In this document: piece by piece, positions 35,822 through 46,672 of the stretch
Layout: every line of letters starts with the position of its first letter
Position numbering within the stretch: the stretch's first letter is position 1
NCBI GenBank assembly: GCA_963823035.1
Contig: CAWGKG010000007.1
Span: 177,995-241,994, forward strand
Direction of reading: 5' to 3'
DNA from: an uncultured Gemmatimonadales bacterium
GTDB taxonomy: Bacteria > Gemmatimonadota > Gemmatimonadetes > Longimicrobiales > Gaopeijiaceae
Length of the DNA: 64,000 bases
Translations under genes and position numbers: made by a program
Notes under the pieces: generated by a model
What the model was told of the DNA's origin: nothing
What the model saw: the letters and a program-made list of their open reading frames with translations, nothing else
Database searches by the model: none

Positions 35822-38800
35822 ATGCGCATCCCCTACGTCGAGCTGCACTGCCACTCGGGCTTCTCCTTCCTGGACGGCGCCTCGCATCCCGAGGAGCTGA
35901 TCCTGCGCGCGAAGGAGCTGGGCTATCCGGCCCTCGCGCTGACGGACCACAACGGCCTGTACGGCTCGATGGAGTTCGCCCGCCTCGCCCACGAGGCGGG
36001 GATCCAGCCCGTCACGGGCGCCGAGGTCACGCTCCGCGAGTGCTTCCCCGGCCCGCCCCGGCGAGGGCGAGCCCGAAGGCGGCCACCACGTCACGCTCCT
36101 CGCCGAGACCCCCGAAGGGTACGCCAACCTCTGCCGCCTCCTCACGCAGGCGCACATGGAGTCGCCCCGTGAGGATCCGCGCCTCCCCCTCCCCGCCCTC
36201 CTGGCGCGCCCGCGCGGGCTGATCCTCCTCACGGGTTGCCGGCGCAGCCCGGTGTGGGCCGCGCTCGAATCCTCCGCCGCCGACGGCGAGGCGTTCCTGC
36301 ACCTCCTCGTGCGGGCTTTCGGGCCGGGCAACGTCTTCGTGGAGCTGCAGGACAACGCCGTGAAGGGCGACCTCCGGCGCAACCGCTCCCTCGCGCGGCT
36401 CGCGGGACGGATGGGGCTCGGCGTCGTCGCCACGGGGGACGTCCACTACCACCGCCCGGAGCGCTCGCGCTTGCAGGACGTGCTCGTCTCGATCCGCAAC
36501 CGCGCCACCCTCGACGGCGCCCACGGCGCACGGCGCCCGAACCACCTCTTCCACCTCTCCGAGCCGTGGGAGATGCGCCATCGCTTCGCGAGCCGCCCGG
36601 AGGCGCTCACGAACTCGGTGCTGATCGCCGAGCGGTGCGCGGCCTTCGACCTCACGGAGGACCTGGGCTACGAGTTCCCCGACTTCGAGGGTTCGGAGCA
36701 CGGGGGTGCGCTGGAGACGTTGGCCGCCATCTGCCTCGCGGAGATCGGCCGGCGCTACGAGCCGGGGAGCACGGAGGAACACGACGCCGAAGAGCGGCTG
36801 CACAAGGAACTGTCGCTCGTGGACCTGCACGGCCTCGCGGGCTTCTTCCTCGTCTACCGGGACATCATGGACCTCGCGCGCGACGTGGCGCGCGAGGTGC
36901 GTGCCGACAGCCCGCGCGCCCGCGCCGGCCTCCCCCCGGGGCGTGGGCGCGGCTCGTCGGTGTCGTCGATCATCTGCTACCTGATCGGGCTCTCCCATGT
37001 GGATCCCGTGAAGAGCAACCTCTTCCTTGGGCGCTTCCTCAACGAGGCGCTCCGGAGCGTTCCGGACATCGACCTGGACTTCCCGCGCGACATCCGCGAG
37101 CAGCTCATCCTGCGCGTGTACGAGAAGTACGGGCACGAGCACACCGGCCTCGTGTGCACCTTCCCCACCTACCGGCTGCGCTCGGCGGTACGGGAGATCG
37201 GCAAGGTGCTCGACCTGCCGATGGGGGAGCTCGAGAAGCTGGCCAAGCTGGGGGAGCACCGCTCGGCTTCGGGGCTCGCCGACGAGATCGCCTCCCTCCC
37301 CGAGTTCAAGGACCGCGCCGACGCGCCCCTCTGGAAGATGTTGGGTGAGCTGGCCGGAGACGTGTCCGGGCTGCCGCGCCACATCTCCCAGCACGTGGGC
37401 GGGATGATCATCTCCAGCCGCCCGCTCGTGGAGATCGTCCCGGTGGAGCCGGCCGCGTGGGAGGGCCGCTTCCTCTGCCAGTGGGACAAGGACTCCTGCG
37501 ACGACGCGGGCTTCATCAAGATCGACTTCCTCGCGCTCGGGATGCTCTCGCTGGTCGAGGAGGCCGCGGACCTCATCACGGTGCGCCACGGCGCCACGCC
37601 GGACTTGTCGCGCATCGACCTCGAGGACGAGGGGGTCTACGACCGCATCTGCTCGGGCGACAACGTGGGGCTCTTCCAGGTGGAGAGCCGCGCCCAGATC
37701 CAGATGATCCGCCGGACGCGCCCGCGCAACCTCGAGGAGCTCGCCATCCAGGTGGCCATCGTTCGGCCCGGCCCGATCGTCGGGGGCGCGGTGAACCCGT
37801 ACGTGCGCCGCCGGGAGATGCTCCGGGAGAACCCCGACTACCGGATCCCCTATCCGCACCCCCTCCTGGAGGGCCCCCTGGCGGAGACGCTCGGCGTCAT
37901 CATCTACCAGGACCAGGTGCTCACGGTCTGCCAGGCGCTCGCCGGCTTCAGCGACGGCCAGGCCGAGAGCCTGCGTCGGGCGATGAGCCGGAAGCGCTCG
38001 AAGGAGGCGCTGCAGGCGCACTGGGAGGAGTTCCGCGTGGGCGCCGCGGCGAACGGCGTGGACGAGACCACCGCCCGCGAGGTCTTCCAGCAGGTGACGG
38101 CGTTCAGCGAGTTCGGCTTCCCCAAGTCGCACGCCGCCGCCTTCGGGCTGCTCGCCTACCAGTCGGCGTGGCTGCGTCAGTACTACCCGCTCGAGTACTA
38201 CGTCGCGCTCTTCAACAACCAGCCGATGGGCTTCTACTCGCTGGACGCGCTCGGCCGCGACGCGCGCCGCAACCGGATCCGCACGCTGCTGCCCGACGTG
38301 AACCGGAGCGACGTGCCATGCACCGCCGAGAACGGTGACCTGCGCATCGGGCTCGGCTTCGTGCGCGGCTGGGGCGCGGAGATCGCGGAACGCGTGGTCG
38401 CGGAGCGTGCGCGCCGTGGGGAGTTCGTCTCACTCGGCGACTTTCTCCGCCGCACGCCGGCCGCGCTCAAGCGACCCGCCGTCGAGAACCTGATCTGGGT
38501 GGGCGGCTTCGAGGGGCTGGGCCTGACACGGCGCGAGCTCCTCTGGCAGGCGGGGCTCTGGCTGGGCCCCGAGTCCGACGACGGGCGCACCGGCGGGCGC
38601 GACGACCATGCCCAGACGGAGCTGGAGCTCCAGGACCCGTACGCGGGGCTGGCCTTCCCCGACCTCGGACCCACGGATCGGATGGTCGCGGAGTACCGCA
38701 TGCTCCACTTCTCGGCGGAGCTGCATCCGCTCTCGCTGCTCCGGGATCAGCTCCCCACGGGGACCGTCACGACGGACCGCCTGCCCGACCTTCCCCAGCA

Positions 38801-39287
38801 CGCCGACGTGCGCGTCGCGGGGCTCGTCACCGCTCGACAAAGACCTGGAACTGCTAAGGGCTATGTCTTTGTCTTGATGGAAGATGAAGCCGGTCCAGTG
38901 AACGTGATCGTGAAGCCGGACGTCTACGAGAAGTGCCGGACCGTCGTACGCATGGAGCCCTTTCTCGCCGTGCGCGGACGGCTGCAGAAGGACGGCGCCA
39001 CGCTCAACGTGATCGCGACCGAGGTACGGGCGCTGCGGGTACCGGGGGCGCCCGTGCGGCGCACCGGGCTGTCGCGCTCCGCTCCCGCGAACGGACACGC
39101 GCACGCGAAGGGACGCGACGTGGGGGACATGGACGCGGGCGGCCTCGACGCGGAGAGGGCGGATCTCCACGCCGCCCTCCCCGGCACCCTCGAGTACTGG
39201 GCCGACCCGTCCGCGCAGGGGCCGAGCCCCTTCCGCTACCTCACGGCGCTCCGGCAGAGTCCCCCGGGCATCAAGAGCTTCGGATGA
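35822..39287 (+). CDS. dnaE2: Error-prone DNA polymerase III alpha (frameshift near 36055)
   Basis: YVELHCHSGFSFLDGAS PHP domain, GRGSS, PDIDLDF, SQHVGG, KIDFLALG, FGFPKSHAAAF, RQRPGTAKG OB fold. Confidence 0.92.
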
Positions 39288-39322
39288 GCGCGCCGCCCGG
39301 GCCTCCCCCGGTCCGGTCCTCG

Positions 39323-42016
39323 TCAGTCGACGCGCAGTGCGCTGACCGGATCCACGCGGGTGGCCCTCCGCGCCGGAACGAGCACCGCGAGCGCGCACAC
39401 GCCCAGGACCATGGCCGTCACGCCCACGAAGACCACGGGATCCGCGGCCTCCACCTGGAAGAGCATGCTCTTCATCAAGCGCCCTCCCCAGAAGGCGATC
39501 ACGAGCCCCGCCACGATCCCTCCGGCCGCCGGAGCGGCGGCCTGACGGAACACCAGTCCCGTGACCTCCCCCCGCCGAGCCCCGAGCGCGATGCGCACGC
39601 CGATCTCGCGCGTGCGTCGGGAGACCAGGTACGCCACCACGCCATAGAGCCCGACGGCGGAGAGGAGGACCGCGAGCACCGCGAAGAGCCCCACGAGCAT
39701 GAGGTAGAAGCGCGTGGGCGCCGCGTCGGCGCGGATGTCCTCCCTCACGGTCCGGACGTTCGTCGGGACGACGTTCGGGTCGAGCGCGGCGAGCTCCCGC
39801 TGCGCGGCCGCGAGCACCGCCCCCGCCCCCGCCCTGGCCTTGATGTGCACGGTCATGAAGCCGGGACCGAACTGGGCCTGGGGCACGTAGACCGCAGCGG
39901 AGGGGGGCTCTTCCAGCGTCCGGCGCACGTCGTCCACCACGCCGACGACGGTCCACGTCGGGCTCCCGAAGCCGACGGCCGCCGTCACGTCGAAGCGCTT
40001 CCCCATGACGTCCTCGCCGGGGAAGTTCTCGCGGGCGAACGTCGCGTTCACCACGGCGACGGCCTCCGTCTCCCGTCGGTCGCCGGCCTCGATGCGGCGC
40101 CCACGGAGGAGTCGGGGGCCCATGGCCTCGAAGAACCCCGGCGTGACGGATCGAACCGCCGCCTCCGTCTCCTGTCCGGGCTCCGGCTCGGGTCTGCCCT
40201 CGACCCTCACGCCGCCGGTGATGCTGGAGCTCGTAAGGGGGGCGCCGAAGGCCGAGCCTACCGCCTCGACGCCCGGGATCGCCCTCAGCCGACCCTCCAA
40301 CTCGTCGAAGAACGTCAGGATTTCGGGAAGGCCGTCGTACCGGGTCGAGGGAAGGTTCACCGTGAAGCGTGCCACCTGCCGCCCGTCGAACCCCATGTCG
40401 ACCCCGTAGAGCCGCCCGAGGCTGCGAGTGAGGAGCCCCGCGCCGACGAGAAGCGCGAGGGAGAGGGCGACCTCGCCGGCGAGGAGGACCGACCGTGCAC
40501 GCCCTTCCCGCCGGGTGTCGCCGGAGCGCCCCGCCCCCGACAGGTGCCCCGCCAGACGCCCGCGGGAGAGGCGGAGCGCGGGGCTCAGCCCCACCAGGAG
40601 CGACACCAGCAGCGTCAGCCCGACGGAGAAGGCCAGCACCGTCCAGTCGATTCCCACCTGCTCCAGGCGAGGGACGGCGCCGCGGGCGACCCGCTTGACG
40701 ACCTCCGCCAGCCCGAAGGCGAACGCCACGCCGCCCGCTCCGCCGACGGCGGCGAGCACCGCGCTCTCCGTGAGGATCTGCACGACCAGGCGCCCCCGCG
40801 AAGCCCCCAGCGCCGAGCGCACGGCCACCTCCCCGCCCCGCGTGGACGCGCGCACGAGGAGGAGGTTCGCCACGTTCGCGCACACGATCAGGAGTACGAG
40901 GCCCACCGCGCCCAGCACGATCCAGAGTCCGGTGCGCACGTCCCCGACCGTATAGTCGATCAGCCGCTCGAAGTGGAAGACCTCACCGTGGTTCGAGCCG
41001 GGGAACTCGGCGCTCAGCGACGCGGCCAACGCGCCGAGCTCGGCCTGGGCGCGCACGAGGCCGACACCGGGCGCCAGGCGTCCCACCGCGCCGCGGAAGA
41101 CGTGGCAGCCCCGACCGCACCCGTCCGGGTCGTTGCGGTACGGCGTCCAGAGCTCCGCGCCTCCCGGGAAGCCGAACCCCGCGGGGGCGACCCCGACGAT
41201 CTCGTACGCCTTCTCGGACAGGTCGAGCGTGGTGCCCACCACGTCGGGTCGTCCCCCGAGGTGGCTCTTCCAGAACGCGTAGCCCACGACGACGACCCGC
41301 GCGGCTCCGGGATCGTTCTCCTCCTGGCGCAGGTCCCGACCCAGCTCCGGAGCCAACCCGAAGGTGGCGAGGAGTCCGCCCGTCACGCGCGCGCCTTCCA
41401 CGCGCTCGGGATGCTCGACCCCGGTCAGCGTGAAGCCGCCCGAAGCCACGCCCTCGAGCCCCGTGAGCACGTCAAGCTCCCGTGCGCTCGCGATGTCCGG
41501 CTGGGACATGTATCCCCGACTGGTGGGCGCTTCGGCGTCGGCCGCCCATACCATGACGAGCCCGTCCGGCTCGGGATACGGGAGCGGCGCGAGCAGGACG
41601 CCTTCCACCACGCTGAACACGCCGGTCGTCGCGCCGATGCCGAGCGCCAACGTGAGGATCGCGACGGCCGCGAAGGCGGGGCGCCGGACGAGGGAACGCA
41701 GGCCGAAGCGGAGGTCCTGGGCGAGGGTGTCCATGAGCGATCCCGATCGCGTTGCCCGGCGGGTGCTCCGCGCCGAAGCGTGGGAAGGGAGGAGCCACTC
41801 GAGCATGGCGGCCCCGGTGAGGTCGAGGAGGGCGCGGCACATCGTCCAGACTGCCCGTATTCCGCCGCGCACGGCCGCGTCGTCCACGCGGTCACCCACG
41901 GCCGTGACGAGGTCGGCGCCGAACGACCGCCGGAAGGAGGGTGGGAAGAGCCCGAGCACGATGCGCGCGAGACGCGCTGCGAGCGCCGCGGTGCGCGATC
42001 TCCGGGGCGCGGTCAC
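39323..42016 (-). CDS. ADOP-family duplicated ABC permease (orphan)
   Basis: N-terminal FPPSFRRSFG prefix, QDLRFGLRSL, LALGIGATT, ACANVANLLL, RTREIGVRIALGA, PARRATRVDP. Confidence 0.92.
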   Translation of the reverse strand: MTAPRRSRTAALAARLARIVLGLFPPSFRRSFGADLVTAVGDRVDDAAVRGGIRAVWTMCRALLDLTGAAMLEWLLPSHASARSTRRATRSGSLMDTLAQDLRFGLRSLVRRPAFAAVAILTLALGIGATTGVFSVVEGVLLAPLPYPEPDGLVMVWAADAEAPTSRGYMSQPDIASARELDVLTGLEGVASGGFTLTGVEHPERVEGARVTGGLLATFGLAPELGRDLRQEENDPGAARVVVVGYAFWKSHLGGRPDVVGTTLDLSEKAYEIVGVAPAGFGFPGGAELWTPYRNDPDGCGRGCHVFRGAVGRLAPGVGLVRAQAELGALAASLSAEFPGSNHGEVFHFERLIDYTVGDVRTGLWIVLGAVGLVLLIVCANVANLLLVRASTRGGEVAVRSALGASRGRLVVQILTESAVLAAVGGAGGVAFAFGLAEVVKRVARGAVPRLEQVGIDWTVLAFSVGLTLLVSLLVGLSPALRLSRGRLAGHLSGAGRSGDTRREGRARSVLLAGEVALSLALLVGAGLLTRSLGRLYGVDMGFDGRQVARFTVNLPSTRYDGLPEILTFFDELEGRLRAIPGVEAVGSAFGAPLTSSSITGGVRVEGRPEPEPGQETEAAVRSVTPGFFEAMGPRLLRGRRIEAGDRRETEAVAVVNATFARENFPGEDVMGKRFDVTAAVGFGSPTWTVVGVVDDVRRTLEEPPSAAVYVPQAQFGPGFMTVHIKARAGAGAVLAAAQRELAALDPNVVPTNVRTVREDIRADAAPTRFYLMLVGLFAVLAVLLSAVGLYGVVAYLVSRRTREIGVRIALGARRGEVTGLVFRQAAAPAAGGIVAGLVIAFWGGRLMKSMLFQVEAADPVVFVGVTAMVLGVCALAVLVPARRATRVDPVSALRVD

Positions 42017-42372
42017 AGCGGCCCCTCGCCCGGGAGGAGGCGGCGGTCGCGCGCCAGCTCCAGCACGCGGCGGAGGCGGGCCGCCTCAGCCCGCAGGGCC
42101 GCCTCGCCGTGACCCGTGAGGCGGTAGTACTTCCGCGCGCGGCCGGGGTGCACGTCCGCGGCGTCCTCGGGGCGAGGCGCCTCATCGACCAGCCCCGCGC
42201 CCATGAGGCGGGCCAGGACGCGATACAGCGAGCCGATCTCGGGCGTCACCGAGCCTCCGGACTCCGTGGCCACCGCCTTCATGATCCCGTAGCCGTAGAG
42301 GGCGCCCTCGCTCAACACGAGCAGCACGTGGAAGTCGGTGGGAGAGAGCGGTGACGGCTCGTCCGGGCTCAT
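42013..42372 (-). CDS. PadR family regulator
   Basis: FHVLLVL..YGYGIM, GSLYRVL.RL, RKYYRLT..G; overlaps permease start. Confidence 0.9.
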   Translation of the reverse strand: MSPDEPSPLSPTDFHVLLVLSEGALYGYGIMKAVATESGGSVTPEIGSLYRVLARLMGAGLVDEAPRPEDAADVHPGRARKYYRLTGHGEAALRAEAARLRRVLELARDRRLLPGEGPL

Positions 42373-42592
42373 GGCGGATCCGCAGGGGGAGCGAGGCGCG
42401 GCAGTGGCGTGTCCTGGCCTATACAGGCACAAGACATGTATATAGGCGCCCGACTCCTCGCAAGGGCTGCGCGCGCGCTCGGGACGCGGCGTACGGCCCT
42501 GCCGGACGTGGCCGTGGGAGTCACCCTCCTCGAAGGGGCGCTCCCGGCGACCTTGCGCGCGGCCCCGACCCCGACGAGTCATCCCCTCCACG

Positions 42593-43408
42593 ATGATCTA
42601 CCGCGAGCACATCCCCTGCCCGGCACTCACGCCCTACGTGGCCTGCTACTGGACCCTTCGGGGCCAGGTGGCCGTGGAGGACGCACACGACCGCGCCGTC
42701 GTGCCGGACGCCTGCATGGACATCCTCTTCAACCTCGCGCCGGGCGCATCGGGTTCCGTCGCGAGCCAGGTGATCGGCACGATGACGCGGCCGCTCCCGG
42801 TCCACAGCGCCGGGACGCTCGATCTCCTGGGCGTGCGCTTCCGCGCGGGGGGCGCGGTTCCCTTCCTGCGCCTGCCCGCCTCGGAGGTCACCGACGGGAC
42901 GCTCGCGCTCGGAGACGTGTGGGGCGCAGGGGCGGCCGACCTCACGGACCGCCTGCGCGAGGCCGGCGACACCGCCGCACGTCTCCGGGTCCTGGAGGCC
43001 GCCCTCGGCGGCCGGGTCGACGCGGCACGCGCGGAGGTGGACGGAGCCGTACTCGTCGCGACGGGACTCGCCGAACGTTCGCGGGGCACCGTCGACGTCG
43101 ACGCGCTGGCCCGGGCCACCGGGCTCGGGCGGAGGCAGCTCGAGCGCAGGTTCCTCGCGGTGGTGGGCCTTCCTCCAAAGACCGCCTGCCGCGTGCTGCG
43201 CTTCCAGGCCGCGCTCACGCGCCTCCACGACCCGGCGGGGCATGCCCTGGCGCGCGTGGCGCTCGACTCCGGCTACCACGACCAGGCCCACTTCACGCGG
43301 GACTTCAGAGCCTTCGCGGGCGTGACGCCGGGCGCCTACCGACGCGCGCTGCCCGCCGCGGGCGTGGATGACGCATCCGTACAAGACGACGGCGGGGCGG
43401 TCCGGTAG
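42593..43408 (+). CDS. AraC family regulator (DUF6597-type N-terminus)
   Basis: VPDACMDILF, RQLERRF..VGL.PK, GYHDQAHFTRDF. Confidence 0.9.
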   Translation: MIYREHIPCPALTPYVACYWTLRGQVAVEDAHDRAVVPDACMDILFNLAPGASGSVASQVIGTMTRPLPVHSAGTLDLLGVRFRAGGAVPFLRLPASEVTDGTLALGDVWGAGAADLTDRLREAGDTAARLRVLEAALGGRVDAARAEVDGAVLVATGLAERSRGTVDVDALARATGLGRRQLERRFLAVVGLPPKTACRVLRFQAALTRLHDPAGHALARVALDSGYHDQAHFTRDFRAFAGVTPGAYRRALPAAGVDDASVQDDGGAVR

Positions 43409-43464
43409 CTTGCGTTCACGATTGCGGACCGTCCCCGGACGCCGGCCCCCACGGAGAAGCTCCC

Positions 43465-43971
43465 ATGCGCGTAACCCTCCTCGCAGCGTCGTGGCTCGCC
43501 GCCCTGACCCTGGCCCCGGCACCGGATCCCCGAACCCTCCAACCCACCGAGATCCCCATGAAGAAGCTCACCCCCATCATGACGGTCGACGACATCGAGC
43601 CCTGCCTGCCCTTCTGGACCGACCGGCTCGGCTTCGAGACCACCGCCACCGTTCCGCACGGCGACAAGATCGGATTCGCCATGCTGCAGAAGGGCAACGT
43701 GGAGCTCATGTACCAGTCCCGGGCCTCCGTCGCGGACGACCTGGGGCCGACGAGCGCGGCCAGCGGTCACGACGGCCTGGTCGAGCGCATCGCGGGAAGC
43801 ACGACCACGCTCTTCATCGAGGTCGAGTCCCTGGACGACGTGGTGGCCGCCCTGGAGGGCGCGGACGTGGTCGTGCCGCGCCGCCAGACGTTCTATGGGA
43901 TGGACGAGATCTTCGTCCGCGCCCCGTGCGGCACCCTCGTAGGGTTCGCGGCACAGGCGGCGGGCGGCTGA
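43465..43971 (+). CDS. VOC/glyoxalase family protein
   Basis: KLTPIMTVDDIE..FW..LGF, TFYGMDEIFVRAP; alternative start 43558. Confidence 0.85.
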   Translation: MRVTLLAASWLAALTLAPAPDPRTLQPTEIPMKKLTPIMTVDDIEPCLPFWTDRLGFETTATVPHGDKIGFAMLQKGNVELMYQSRASVADDLGPTSAASGHDGLVERIAGSTTTLFIEVESLDDVVAALEGADVVVPRRQTFYGMDEIFVRAPCGTLVGFAAQAAGG

Positions 43972-43981
43972 GCCGCCGGCC

Positions 43982-46672
43982 TCACTCGTCGCGCAGGACC
44001 CGCGCCACCTCGAGGCGGGCCGCGCCACGCGCGGGAATCCACACGGCGAGGAGCGCGGTGACCGCCACCGCAACCACGACCGACAGCAGCGTGGTCGCGT
44101 CGTGCGCGCCCACCCCGTGGAGCTGCGTCCGGAGCGCGTCCCCCAGGGCGCGTGCACCGAAGAAGCCCACGGCGAGGCCAAGGGCCACGGTGAGGGCCGC
44201 GTCGCGGAGGAAGAGCCGTTCCACGGAGGCCCGGCTCGCGCCGAGCGCGATCCGCACGGCCAGGTCCCGCCGCCGCTGCCGCGCCGCGTAGGCGGCCACC
44301 CCGTAGAGGCCGACGAGGGCCAGGGCGAGGGAGAAGGCCGCGAAGCCACCCAGGAGCGTTGCGAAGAAGCGTGAGGGGGCCCGTGCCCTCCCGACCGCCC
44401 GTGGGAGGTCGGCCTCCGAATAGAGCGGCGTGTTCTCGTCGAGGTCGCGCACGATGGCGCGGACCTCGTCGCGGAGCGGCGGAAATCCGGGCCGGCGGCG
44501 CACGAGCAGGTCCATCCAGGCGCTCCGGGCCTGCGCGTACGGCACGTAGAGGGTCGGGCGTGGACCCGCGATCCCGTCTGCGACGTCCGAGACCACCCCC
44601 ACCACGGTCAACCACGGGCCGGTCTCCTCCCGCATGTCGGGCATCGTCCACGCCGTGAAGCGGATGCGCGCCCCGACGGCGCTACCGGGGCGCGCCCCCG
44701 CCGGCGCGATGGCGGCAGCGAGCGTGGCGCTCACGACCGCCACGGGCGTCGCTCCGGGGCCGTCGTCGAGCGAGAAGAGCCGCCCGCTCCGACGCTCCAT
44801 GCCGAGCACGTCGAACCACCCGGGGGTGGCGATCTGCGGCACCACCTCGGGGAGCGCGTCGGGTGCGGCGCCCCCCTCCACCTCGACGACCCGGGTGACC
44901 AGAGCTCCGGTGAACGGGGAGGAGCGCGCGAGTCCCGCCTCCGCCACGCCCGGAAGCTCCTCGGTGCGACGCAGCATCTCCTCGAAGAAGGCCGCCCGAC
45001 GGTCCGGGTCGTCGGCGCGTTCGGTGGTCAGGCCCACCGTGTACGCCTCCAACCTGTCGGGCTCGAAGCCGAGCTCCATCCGCTCCAGGTGGAGCGCGGA
45101 GCGGACGAGGAGCGCCCCCCCACCGAGGAGCACCACGCAGAGGGCCACCTGGGTCGCCACCAGAGCGGCCCTGACGTGTCCGGTGCCGGCCGTCTCCGTT
45201 CCGCTCCGCCCCCCTCCCCCGATGCCCCGATGGATGCCGCGCCGCGCGGCGATCGCGACCGAGACGGCGCCGAGGGCACACGCCGCGAGCACGCCCACCA
45301 CCACCACGGCGAGGATCACCGAGCCGTCCAGACGCAGCGCCTCCGTGCCCCCGGGGACGCTCCGTCCCAGGCGCGCCTCGATCAGGGCCCCGAGCGCTCC
45401 GAGCCCGGCCCACCCGACGCCGACCCCCACCGCGCCCGCACCCGCGCAGAGGAGGGCGGCTTCGGCGAAGAGGTGGGTCGCCAGCCGTCCCCTTCCCGCA
45501 CCGAGGGCGCGGCGCACGCTCATCTCCCGCGTGCGGCCGCTCGCGCGCACCAGGAGAAGGAGGCCGGCGCTCGCGCCGGCGGCCAGGAGCACGAGGAGCG
45601 CGGCCCCCTGGAGCGCGAGGAGCTGCGGACGGATCGACGTGGTGTAAGCGTCCTGGAGCGGGCTCAGCCGGACGTCCTGCTCGCCCGGCTCGATCGCCCC
45701 GGCCGCGCGAGCCCGCTCGGCCAGCACCGCCTCGGCCCGTCCCGGTGGCACGTCCCGGCGCAGGCGCCCCACGTAGACGGGCCCGGGGCCGCGCAGCGGC
45801 GCGAGCACGTTCGTGTAGCCGTTCAGGTACCAGAAGTCCCGGGGAAGCACCCCCACGATCGTGAAGCTCTCGAGGCCGTCGCGATCGTCCGCCGGATAGA
45901 CCTGAATGGTCCGCCCGAGCACACCCGGATCGGCACCGAAGCGGCGCGCCCAGAGCGCGTGGCTGATGACGGCCACCTCCGCGCCGCCCTCCACGGCCTC
46001 CTCCGGCCCGAACGCGCGCCCGAGCTCCGGTCGGACCCCGTAGACGTCGAAGAAGTCCGGTGTGACCCGCGCACCCAGCACGATCTCGGGTCCGGCGTCC
46101 CCCACCAACGTGAAGCCGTCGAGGTTCCAGGAGACCGCTTTCTCGAAGACGTCGCCGCTGTTCGTCCACCCGACCGCGGAGGTGGCGGGGCGCACCTGGA
46201 CCAGGCGCGCCGCGTCGGGATACGGAAGCGGGCGCAGCAGGTAGGCGTCCACCACCGCGAAGATCGAGGCGTTCAGCGCGATGCCCACGCCCAGGACGCC
46301 GACCAGTAGCAGGGTGAAGCCGAGGCGGCGCCGAAGCGAGCGCCACGCCGCCCCGAAGTCATCGGCCAGCGCCCGTGCCCCCCGCGAGCCCCGGGCGCCC
46401 GCCGCCGGACGGGCGGCCCGTGTGGCGCCCGGTGCCCCCACGAGGCGCGGCGGGAGCGGGCGGAGGAGGTCCCGGCCGATCCGCGCGCACGCACGCAGCC
46501 ACCCGCGGAAGCCGGCACGCTCCACCTCTTCGACGAGGAGGCGACGGAAGTCCGCGACCATACGCGCACCGTAGCGCTCACGGAAGGCCGCCGGGTAGCG
46601 GCGCAGCGCGACCCTGTAGGCCCACGCCGAGGAGGCGACGATCCTGGCGGTCCACCCGGCTCCCGGCCTCAT
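43982..46672 (-). CDS. ADOP-family duplicated ABC permease (orphan)
   Basis: YPAAFRERYG prefix, LLRPLPYPD, REMSVRRALGA, DLAVRIALGA, WIPARGA. Confidence 0.9.
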   Translation of the reverse strand: MRPGAGWTARIVASSAWAYRVALRRYPAAFRERYGARMVADFRRLLVEEVERAGFRGWLRACARIGRDLLRPLPPRLVGAPGATRAARPAAGARGSRGARALADDFGAAWRSLRRRLGFTLLLVGVLGVGIALNASIFAVVDAYLLRPLPYPDAARLVQVRPATSAVGWTNSGDVFEKAVSWNLDGFTLVGDAGPEIVLGARVTPDFFDVYGVRPELGRAFGPEEAVEGGAEVAVISHALWARRFGADPGVLGRTIQVYPADDRDGLESFTIVGVLPRDFWYLNGYTNVLAPLRGPGPVYVGRLRRDVPPGRAEAVLAERARAAGAIEPGEQDVRLSPLQDAYTTSIRPQLLALQGAALLVLLAAGASAGLLLLVRASGRTREMSVRRALGAGRGRLATHLFAEAALLCAGAGAVGVGVGWAGLGALGALIEARLGRSVPGGTEALRLDGSVILAVVVVGVLAACALGAVSVAIAARRGIHRGIGGGGRSGTETAGTGHVRAALVATQVALCVVLLGGGALLVRSALHLERMELGFEPDRLEAYTVGLTTERADDPDRRAAFFEEMLRRTEELPGVAEAGLARSSPFTGALVTRVVEVEGGAAPDALPEVVPQIATPGWFDVLGMERRSGRLFSLDDGPGATPVAVVSATLAAAIAPAGARPGSAVGARIRFTAWTMPDMREETGPWLTVVGVVSDVADGIAGPRPTLYVPYAQARSAWMDLLVRRRPGFPPLRDEVRAIVRDLDENTPLYSEADLPRAVGRARAPSRFFATLLGGFAAFSLALALVGLYGVAAYAARQRRRDLAVRIALGASRASVERLFLRDAALTVALGLAVGFFGARALGDALRTQLHGVGAHDATTLLSVVVAVAVTALLAVWIPARGAARLEVARVLRDE

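Noticed and set aside
36040..36075. Programmed frameshift or pseudogenisation of dnaE2
   Set aside because: Break lies in C-runs with no canonical slippery heptamer; similar indels occur throughout the window
38608..38877. Overlapping alternative-frame peptide ending LDKDLELLRAMSLS as the cause of the AT-rich patch
   Set aside because: No ribosome-binding site and the rest of the ORF is shadow-like; cannot be supported without conservation data
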